Positions 10,501 to 20,000 of a stretch of 64,000 bases of DNA are shown here, piece by piece. The notes below the pieces were generated by a model. It saw only the letters and a list, made by a program, of their open reading frames with translations, ran no database searches and had not been told where the DNA came from. Source of the stretch: Antechinus flavipes (lineage: Eukaryota); assembly GCF_016432865.1 (NCBI RefSeq), contig NC_067403.1, forward strand, positions 252,836,001 to 252,900,000, given 5' to 3'. Within the stretch, counting starts at the first letter, position 1, and each line of letters opens with the position of its first letter. A program made the translations under genes and the position numbers.

Positions 10501-13500
10501 GGCAAGTGTCCCGAAAATCCTCTCTCATCCCGCCCCCTCCCCCCTCCAGGGGTGAAGGCAGGCCGATTCACCATGGCCTCCAGAGTGCCTTGGCTAATGA
10601 CCATCAGTGCAAGGGGTGGTTACTGCAAGACTGTGAGTCTTCTTCTGAATAGCAAGATGGAACCACAGCCAGGAGCTTTTCCCTGAGTACAGAAAGCTGC
10701 TCGTGTGGCCACGCCACCCCCACCAGCCCAAACCATACAACAGAAATGACTTTGGCAGAACAAGAGTCACCACCTACCCAGAGCGTACTAGAGCTACGAG
10801 GGCCTTTGATCCCCGTCACCCACCATTATCACAGGACCATCTAATGACCACCAAGAGTTCAAGGTGTTCACTGAAAGCTCGTCCCAGAGATGACCCTGCT
10901 AGATATAAAGCCCCAGGGTCAGGGGCGGCAAGCATGACAGAAATAGCCGCACCCACTCAATCACTGCTTTCTCCAGCACCATTCAAGTCCTGAGGATTTT
11001 CCGCCCAGAGGCGGATCCAACCTGACCCCACTCTCAGGACTTGAGATCATCTGAGAGTAGACTCTGAAGATGGCATCCCCTCCATGACCAACCTCAAGGC
11101 AGCTCTAGGAGGCGCTAGTCTGTCCCATGGCCACCCTGCTCGCTGCTGGCTATCCAGGCTCACCCAGGAGAAGCTGCCCACGTAGACCGCGGCTCGCTTA
11201 TTCCGCAGTCCACTGTACGTGTACAGGATCGCCGGCGACTTGCTGTTGGGCTTGGGAGACTGCTCCTGTCGGATGGGAGGCGGTGGCTCGGCACTGCTAC
11301 TTCGGTCGTCGGAAGGCTGCGAGCTGGCGGCCAGCACGTCATCGTACAGGTCGATCTGATCGGCATTGCTGAACTCTGGGTCCTAGGGGATGAGGGGGTG
11401 AATCGAGTGAGTTTCCCCAACGGGGAGCTCACCAATCCTGTAGGGCAGACAACCAGAAAGCATCGCTCAGGCAGCTGTCGATGGACTGCCTGTCGGCAGA
11501 CTTAGAATAAAAACAAGAATAAGCTGCACCCAACAGATTCTTCGTCCATGAATTCAAAAATCAAGCAGCTCCTTTATCACAGTGCTGGGGATCCAGACCG
11601 AGAAGACACAGCCCCAGACCTTAAGCAACTTTTGTTCTTGAGACCTCTGCTGAAGTGACCTGAGGGAGGATTTCCCCTCCAGTCTTGTTTCTCCTGCTTC
11701 ACCTCATTTGACATCTAAACAGAATAACTCACAAAGGGCAAGCTTTCTGATGGACTGTTTAGGACAAACTACAAAACTGACTTTCCTGTGAGATCGAGCA
11801 CGTGAGAAGAACCCCAATAATTTAAACAGTTTTAGAAAATCTCTTCATGCATAGCTAGTTTGGTCTCTAATGCTTTTAGCCAATGACAGTGACACTGAGT
11901 AGGTACACTGTGGATAAAGACCAAAACAAGTATAAAATTTACTTGGTGGTCAGATATGGATTCTATATGGCAAGGAAACAAAATGAACCCCTCCCCCCCC
12001 AAAGGTCCAAACATCATCAATGCTTTCTAAACACAAAGCTTCCATAAGGAATTCTGAAACCCATTAGCAACACCCAAAAATGTTTCACACTGTATCGTGA
12101 AGTTCTTAAAAATAAATTAAGAAGGCCCCAAACTAATCGCTTAATGTAGCAAATGCCAAAAAAGACTCTGTGGAGGGACCAAGAAGGCAGTTTTCTCAGC
12201 ATGGTACAATTTCAAAGTAATTAGGAATCCCTGGCTTAAATGTACTTTTGAAATGTGACACAAATTTTAAAGCTCACAAAAATGGCCTCTTCTTTCCAAA
12301 AATCATTTATCAGTTCATGAAAATAAATCAGGCAGAAGCAATGTCACTGAGGAGTCCCCCTCCCATACCCCCGGCTCTGTTCTAGCCTCTTCAGACCTGC
12401 AGCATTTAACCCAGACCCGGGAGCATGCTTGAGAGGCACCTCCAAAGAGATGACAGACAGCAGACGTTTTATAATGCTGCAAGCACAGGCGCGCACCCGA
12501 ACACCCAGACCAGAAATGTTACGGAGGGCTTTTATTAGAAGATCACATGTGAAGAAATTTGGAAAACCTGACTTACCCTGTGGTACAGCTAAATCTAGAA
12601 AGTAACCAACATAGCCCAGCAGGCTTTTCCTGAAGGGAGCTGGCACTACTACTCTGGAGAGAAACCAATTCTTGTCATTTCACCTTCAGGGCCAGAGACA
12701 AGAAGTTCTTACAAGATCATGGAGAGAGGCAACCAATGACTGGTGACTGCCTCCTCTCCCCCCCTCCCCCCCAATTCACCACACACCTTGGGGCTGGATA
12801 AGTGAGATGCCTGTTATATTCTTTGTCAAGTGCTACAGTAACTCAACAGGCTGGGAGGGGGTACCGGCCGTCGTTTTTGTTTTGTTTTTTGGTTAAAAAT
12901 TGGAGAAAGCCAATAATGAAGGGGAAAGGCAAGCATGCTCACAAACCCACTCTCAGAGGAGGTATTAACTGGCTCAACCATTGTCAAGAGTGAGTTGAAA
13001 TTAAGCCAAAGCTGAATAAAATGTCCAATAAACTCTGACCCAGAGTTCTTGCCGCTATGCATATACTCTAAGGAGAACACAAAGTCCTATAAACACTCAA
13101 ATATTCACAAGAGGACTTTTTTATAATAGCAAAAACAAAAACAACAACAAAAATTGGACACAAGTAGCTACTCATCAAGTGAGGAACTTGTGGTACGTAG
13201 TTAATACAACGTGGCTAAAAGAAATAGGATTATGAAAAATTCTGAGGGAAAACATACATGAATAGATGTCAAATGACAAAATAAACAAAAGAACATACAC
13301 GTCGTTAACAACATAGTTGAACAGAAGGGAGAAGCCTGTTCCAGGGAAGGGATAAAAAATATATATAAAGCTCCTACCTTTCCTTTATAGAATTTGGAGG
13401 TAAGAATAGCTGATCCCATGATCAGAGATTGAACAAGACCATTTAGTTCAATTTCTATTTTATAGAAAGGGAAATAGAGGCCCAGACTCGCCTAAGCTCC

Positions 13501-16163
13501 TTGTAAGCCAGATCTTTGGATACCCCCCATTCACCATACTCCATGCTACCTTCCTGATACATTGGTTACTTTTATCAAACTGCTCTTTCTTTTTTATTCT
13601 GTTCCAAGGTATGACTTTTGGGGAAGGGAAAAGGAAACTACATCTGCAGGTAAAGGTGATGCATAAATATATTAGCTTTTTTTTTAAGCCACAGATGAGA
13701 CCACCAAAAACGTGAGCAGATTACAACTAATTATTCCCTTCTTCCGTTATTTTTATTTCTCTTACTTTTCATCATAAGCTTATCTTGACTTTCAAAATCC
13801 CTCTTTGGTTCTTGATTTTTCTGCCTTATATAATGAAAGGTTATTTACTCTTGGGGCATACATTCTATAGTGATTTGTTTCCTGCACTAAACAGTTCAAA
13901 ATGCGCTTTAAAATGTATAGTCCAGCTGACGAAAATTAAAACAGGGCCAAACAATTTAAAAAGTGAATACAAACTAAAAATCAAAAGTATCTTGCAGGAC
14001 AAGGAAGAGAAGCGGTCAAGATAGTAGATTAAGATCTTGCACCAAAAACAGGTGGGTGTGAAGAAATGGGAAGAGAACATCAGAAACAGCAACAAATGCA
14101 AATGGAAATGTGCTGTGGTTAGGTGGGGCCAAATTAGCTATCATCTTGGTCATTCAGATCCATGTAAAGCATTGTTTAGGTTAGATGTCAAAAACCTTCA
14201 AAAGGTTATAGGTAAGAATACTTTTAACATCAATCAACTGACAAACCTTTATTATGTGCCTACTGCGTGCCAGGGACAATAGGATACCAACACAAAAAAT
14301 AAAACAAAACTGCCAAAAAACACTTTGTCTGGGGTTTCCACTCTGCCCGACAGAGCGTGCCCAGTGACCCCAATGCTCTTTCTCGGTTAACCCTGACCCT
14401 GCACAAAGCAAACAGTGCCTGGCACCTAGCAAGCCCTGAGTAAGTGCTATCAGACACCTCTGATGCCAGAGGACGTGTGAGTGAATGTAGCAGGGTAAAG
14501 CCTCCCTCAGGTACCCAGACATAAACAAGCGGCCTCCACGTTGCCTGGATGATAATCAAACACCTCCTCTAAGGCTGGGGAGCAGAGCAGGACCCATCTC
14601 CCAGACGGCTCCTTCCCTGACTTACTTACAGAGGGCATTCGCTCCTAGGCCCGCAGCCCCGCTACTAGCTCCAAGCTAAAACAGCTTCTGCTGTCAGGGA
14701 GCTTGGCATCCATGGCTGAACAGGGACATATGGCGAGCCACTGGGCTGGGATCTACCCACAAAACACAGGAAATCGAAGCTCTTCCAGCACCCGAGGTCA
14801 AGGGAGTTGACATGGATCCCCAATTCCCAAACAAAAAACAAGAATCTCTGAAAAGCTGGGATTTCCAAGGACAGCAGTGGGAAGACAAGCTGCCACCTGA
14901 TTTGCAAGAGACAGTCACAGAATAACACGGAGCTCTTTCCTGGGAGCCAGTATGTATGGGAAGGAGTCCTGGGCCTGGGCCAGCTCTGCCCGGCGGGCAC
15001 CTACTCTGGCAGCCTCCAACAACGTGGGCTGGGTGGGTACTCCCTCGGCAGGTCCCAATCGGTTATCAGCCTGGCTTCCTTTAAAAGGAGCCCACCCCAT
15101 GCAAGACAGCTCTCTCAGCCACAAGTCCCCGAGCTTCGGGGCTCTCCTGGCCCATGGGCAGGGGCACCCCCAACCACCATGGGTCTTCCAGAGAGCTAGA
15201 AAAGGGCTCTTCTAAGTTAAACGCTGAATGAAACCGAGGAAAAGAACTCCGGGCAGGGAAACTGCTCAAAAGTTTCGGGAGGAGGAAGCCCCGCTGAGTC
15301 CCTCCAGCAGCGACCCGGACAGCAACTGAGTGCCAAGGGCTGGGGCACAGGGCCTGAGCAAGCAGCCCTAGTCCGAGGCCCGGTCCTCCAGGCTGGGCCC
15401 CATTCCCTACTGGGGGCAGGGGGAGCCCCAAAGGCCCCGGGCTTCCCGGTAACCTGCACGGCCCCTCCCCCAGGACTCTGCTCCCATTCCTCAGTCAGGC
15501 ACGTTGCAGGGTGGGAGGGGCCCACAACCCAAATCCCGGACTGGACGTCGTGGCCGCGCCCCCGGACCCTGACCCTTCGGGCGCCCGGCGGCTCCAGACC
15601 AAATAGTCAGCGCCACTTCCATTTCCCTGAGGACTTAATTGGGGTTCAGGGGACTTAGGGGGGCCAGAAGCCCAGCCTTCCCGGCCCAGGCGCCGGCCGA
15701 ACTTCGGCCAGGACGCAACGGACTACGTTTTAGCGGGGCGCGCGTTCGCGGGCCGGGAGACAGAGACTAAAGTTTTCAGCCACATCCCAATAAGATTCTT
15801 CCGGGAAAAAAAAAAAAAAGTCTGCCCTCACGCCCCTTCTCCCAGTGCTCTCAGAGCAAACTCCCTCCAACGATCTTCCTGCCCAGGCCGGCAGGCGGCC
15901 CGCCCCCCTCCCCCAGCCGCTCAGAGCTCATTCTCTGTTGTCCCGAGGGGAGGGAGGCCCCTGGGGTATCGGGGAGGGGGAGGGAGGACCCCAGCGTGTC
16001 CCGGGGGGAGGGGGCAGGGTTCACCCCCTTCATTGGCCCCCCGGTTCCTGCTGGACGCCGGCTTCCCACTCCCCCCTAGCCGGGGTCAGGGGTCGCGGGG
16101 ATCCCTCACCTGGTTGAACTCCTCGTCCGCGTAGATATCAATGAGGTCCACTCCCTCCGACAT
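4415..16163 (-). CDS. CPSF7: CPSF7 (CFIm59), spliced CDS complement(join(4415..4577,4912..5080,6307..6425,6821..7235,9745..9917,10244..10347,11164..11382,16110..16163)), 471 aa
   Basis: Exons sum to 1416 nt = 471 codons + TGA; all introns GT-AG with consistent phases. Protein [21 protein letters not shown]..Pro-rich..[11 protein letters not shown] matches recalled human CPSF7. Confidence 0.97.
4912..5080 (-). CDS. CPSF7: CPSF7 coding exon 7 ([20 protein letters not shown]...SGSSS)
   Basis: 169 nt; ATCAG| acceptor; AG|GTGAGT donor. Confidence 0.96.
6307..6425 (-). CDS. CPSF7: CPSF7 coding exon 6 ([39 protein letters not shown])
   Basis: 119 nt; TGCAG| acceptor; G|GTAACT donor. Confidence 0.96.
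6821..7235 (-). CDS. CPSF7: CPSF7 coding exon 5, proline-rich domain
   Basis: 415 nt; TGTAG| acceptor; AG|GTAAGG donor; [20 protein letters not shown]...PYNHHG. Confidence 0.96.
8770..9353 (-). mobile_element. LTR-like segment (possible ERV solo LTR) in CPSF7 intron
   Basis: Minus strand begins TGTAA; AATAAA at 8878-8883; internal 14-bp direct repeat; no TSD resolved. Confidence 0.35.
9745..9917 (-). CDS. CPSF7: CPSF7 coding exon 4, RRM C-half ([16 protein letters not shown]...[12 protein letters not shown])
   Basis: 173 nt to distal donor G|GTACGT; an in-frame proximal donor C|GTGAGT makes the exon end at 9772. Confidence 0.95.
10244..10347 (-). CDS. CPSF7: CPSF7 coding exon 3, RRM ([35 protein letters not shown])
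   Basis: 104 nt; CCCAG| acceptor; GG|GTAAGC donor. Confidence 0.96.
11164..11382 (-). CDS. CPSF7: CPSF7 coding exon 2 ([17 protein letters not shown]...[10 protein letters not shown])
   Basis: 219 nt; CCTAG| acceptor; TGG|GTGAGC donor. Confidence 0.96.
16110..16163 (-). CDS. CPSF7: CPSF7 first coding exon ([18 protein letters not shown])
   Basis: GCCATG start; donor CAG|GTGAGG; 54 nt; acceptor probably CGCAG at 16215-16216, giving about 51 nt of 5'UTR. Confidence 0.96.
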
Positions 16164-16759
16164 GGCTCGGAGACCCCGGGGGCGCCGCGAGGAAGGAAGG
16201 TGGCGGTGCTGCCTCTGCGCTCCGGAGAGAGGGACACGGGTCAGTGCTGGTGCTGGCGCGCCCCATCCACCGACGGGGCTTCTGCGTGCAGTCCGCTCGC
16301 CCTCCCCGCCCCCCTCCTCTCTGCGGGGGGTGCGGGGCCCTCCTCTCCCCGCAGCCCGCCTTCTTCCCCCCAGCCCCCACGTCTCCTGGCCTAGTCCCGC
16401 CCGCTGCCCGCTTTCTCCGGGAAAGAGGGGAGTCTGTCCTCCACGCAGCCCGATTTCTGCCCGCCCTTCCCCCCTTTCGCCCGCTGCCCGAGCTCTCATG
16501 AGGCCTTCCCGCCGGGTCTGTCGGCGCTCGCGGCCTCCCTTCCTCCTCCCCTCCCCCCCGCGCGCCGCCCCGGACTGACCGGGCCCCAGCGCCGCCTCCG
16601 CCACCGCCTCAGCGCGGGCTCCGTCCCTGGGCCTAGGCCCTGCCCCGCCGCCCGCCCTCCGCGCCCCGCCCGCCCCGCCGCTCCTCGCGCCGACGCCGCC
16701 TTCGCGCTCCCACCTCTGCGCCCCGGCCCCCGCCGCCCCCCGCCGCGCGCCCCCGTTAC

Positions 16760-16810
16760 CGGGAATATGGCGGCGGCAAGTCCCGACTAGGCCCGAAGCG
16801 CGCGAACCTC
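16760..16810 (-). other. CPSF7: CPSF7 non-coding first exon (5' end approximate)
   Basis: Donor CCCG|GTAACG at 16759; contains a GCCGCCATATT YY1-type motif; lies in the CpG island. Confidence 0.65.
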
Positions 16811-17033
16811 TGCCCGGCCGCAGGCCCCGCCCCCTGCTCCCGCCGCCGCCGCGCCCCCCCTCGCGCCACGCGCTGGCGTCACGCGTGCCGCCGCCTTACG
16901 CACACACGCACACGCACGCGCGCCCGGCCCCGCCTCTCCCACCTCCTCTCCGAGGCTCCGCGGGTGCGTCGGGGCCGGCGCGAGGAACCCGGATGTGGTG
17001 GACAGAAGCGCTTCCGGCCAGGCCTGTGCGGAA

Positions 17034-17069
17034 ATGGCGGCGGCGGCGGCGGCGGCGGCTGTAGTTCGG
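17034..17069 (+). CDS. SDHAF2: SDHAF2 exon 1 ([12 protein letters not shown])
   Basis: AAATGG start; donor CGG|GTGAGG; 36 nt, phase 0 into exon 2. Confidence 0.88.
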
Positions 17070-20000
17070 GTGAGGAGAGTGGACCGAGGCCGGGCGGAGG
17101 GAGGTCGCGGAGCCGCGGAGAGAAGGGCCTGCCTGGAATGAAGGCCCGGGGAGCCTCGACTTCCTCGGTCGGGTCTCGACCTCCCCATTTGCAAAGCGAG
17201 GGACCGGGCAGGATGTCCTCTCCAGCTCCGAACTCGGAGGCCGACCGTGGATGGAATCTCGGCTCCGGCACGGCCGTACCCAGGCTCGTGGGCCCGCCTC
17301 GGTTGCTTCGCCAGTCTTCCCCGGGTGTTTTCGAGGGTCGCGGGACGTGACGTCCTTGGGCGTTTGCAAAGCGTTTTATGCGTGCTGCCCCCTAGGGGCC
17401 GCTCCGAGCCTCAGTTTGTTTTTCTGTCCAATGGGCCTGTGGCTCCTGATAGCGGAAACCCCCTGAGGCTCTCCTGCAGTGCTGTCAGAGCAAGCCGTCG
17501 GAGCCCCCAAACTCGCCAGTCCTTGGAGCCTCGGGGCGGATCCCGTGGGGACCGGAAGCCTCCCCCGGCCCGCTCACGTGGTCTCCCATTAGACTGGAAC
17601 CCCCGGAGGGCAGGCGCTGTTTGTGTCTCTGTGCTCCCAGAGCCCTCGGGGCCTGCTAAATGCTGGCGAGACAGGATTTGGGAACAGATTGGGTGAAGAA
17701 GTGGACGCGGGCCTGGCCGGGGTTCGGACGCTGTACCCGTGCGGTGCCGGGGAAGGGAGACCTTCAAGGGGCTCAGTCCGTACTGAGGGACTGTGGCTGG
17801 ATCCCTTCACGCCGGGTGCCTCAGTTTTCATAAAACTCTCCGCTAGTCGTTCTGCCGAGAAAGGCCCCAGCGGGGACGAGCCGGACAGCACTGAGTGGGG
17901 TCGCCCGAGAAGTCCCCTTCTGAGGCCTTAATCTCCTCTGGGTCCCCTTCCATGCCCTTGCTCCGCCGTGGTGGGGGATGGGAGCTTTATCCCTTCACCA
18001 CCACTCCCAATTGGGGGAGGAGCTCTTTTAAGATGCAAATAGCGGTGGAATTGGAAGGCGGAGAGCGGTTTTAAAATTGGGGGCCGAGCTGGGAAAGATG
18101 TGGCCACAGTCCTGTGGGGTGACTAAGGGGAAGGGGCGGTCCTAGGGCAGAGTCTGCTCCGGGATCCCTCTCCGCCCAGGGGCGCCCCCTTTTCACCTGT
18201 GGACAGTTCTCGGGAGTTTTAGGGAAAGGGGATTTGGAGAGCACTCAGCCCCGCCCTTTTGTTAGGCAGGGGCTTGGCTTTTAGGTTTGCCCTTGAGTTG
18301 GGCATTTATTTTTTCTCCCCGCTGTCAAACTGCCCCAAAGCCTCCCTTCTGGAGGGGTTAATGGCTTTCTTTCCCCTCAGTCCTCAGGCTGTTTGGTTTC
18401 TTGCAGGAATTCTAGTGGGTGAACATAAAAGTGGTCCGGAGGCAGGCAGGCCCTAGTGCAAATCCAGACTTGCTTATCTAATGGCAGGCTCCTCCTCCAG
18501 GCTCGTGATCTAGCCCTTGGCCAGTCCTTGACTCACTGTGGTGGTCTTGATGAGTTTGACAGTGTTTGATGAGGCTCAAAGTTGTGTTAGTTTGCATATC
18601 TAATTGTGATTTAGAGCAATTTTCGTTCAGTACCCTCCCCAGAGCTTGGATTTTTTGTGCCTGCCCTTGGACCATTAATCAACCAGAGAATGAGAGGAAG
18701 AGTAGAACTGGCTCTGAAGCCTGCTCCTCCAACTCCAAAGGAGGCTTTAGGGAGTCACGACTGGTAGGAGGTCAGAGATCAGAATTCAGACTGGGAAGGA
18801 ACCCCTAGAGATTATCTCATTCAAGCTCTTTTTATACTTGGAGACTAGAATGTCCAGTGGGAGAGTCAGATCCAGGTTCTCTGACTCAAAATTAAATTTT
18901 CTGCCACTCAGCAACATGACTTCTGCCCAGACTCCCGTATCTTCCACATCCAGTTTCCTTAGGCTCCTAACCTTGAGAACTCCTTGACGTGTCTTCCTAT
19001 TCTATCTGATCAGTCTAAAGGCCTGTTAAGTCTGCATAGTGTTTGATGTCTGTTCTCTCTTCCCATGAATATTTGCCTCTTTCTGGCCCTTCCTGCTGTT
19101 ACCCTGGACAGTTCCCTCGCCACCTAGTCTCTGTATGGGTCCATGCGTCATGGCTATGTTGTTCTCCAGCTCTCAAACCTTAGCTGCTAATCCTTTACCG
19201 CCAGGAGAAAATACAAATTCCTCTGCCTGACAGTTAACTTTCCACATTAAATTTTTTTTTATCTTTTATTTTGACAAACTCTTTATTATGGACTTGACAA
19301 ACATCAACAAACATTAATATTTCACATACAAAGAACCAAAAAAGGAGTTTTCTGACTTCATTTCACAATGTCCCCTAACATTTCTTTATATTCCGGCCAA
19401 GCCAGACAACCAGCTGGTCCCTCGATGCTGTATTTCCTTCTCACACTGCCATACATCTGTTCACATGCAAACCATCATCCCCTCTTTAGCCTTGCCTTTC
19501 AGAGACCTCTTCTTCATGCGCCTTCTACCTTCTCCTCTCCTCTGCCCCCAGAGCTGTTAGAGTTTGTTTCTTATTGAAGATCCCTTTGGTTTTGTTTTTC
19601 TGTTCATCTGTTATATCCCTCTATAGCAGGGGTCCTCAAACTTTTTAAATAGGGGGCCAGTTCACTGTCCCTCAGACTGTTGGAGGGCCGGACTCTAGTA
19701 AAAACAAAAACTTTGTTTTGTGGGCCTTTAAATGGAGAAACTTCATAACCCTGGGTGAGGGGGATAATCGTCCTCAGCTGCTGCATCTGGCCCACAGGCG
19801 TAGTTTGAGGATCCCTTCTCTATAGAATGGAGTTCTTCCTAGTCAGAGACTATTTGGGTTTTGCCTGATACTCAGCACTGGGCCTTGACCTAACAGCTGT
19901 AGGTTGTTGAATTAGAGCATGTCTTCGCTGGAGGAGTGTAGCTAGCTATTCCCTCTGTCTCCAGTTCCTCCCCCTCCAGTGGTCAGTTGTGTTCCATCTA

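Larger units (their letters stand above)
15500..17950. promoter_or_regulatory. CpG island and bidirectional promoter of CPSF7 and SDHAF2
   Basis: Very high GC and CpG; CPSF7 exon-1 donor (16759) and SDHAF2 ATG (17034) are about 275 bp apart; ETS-like CTTCCGG/CCGGATG/GCGGAAA motifs, GC boxes, YY1 motifs on both strands. Confidence 0.9.
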
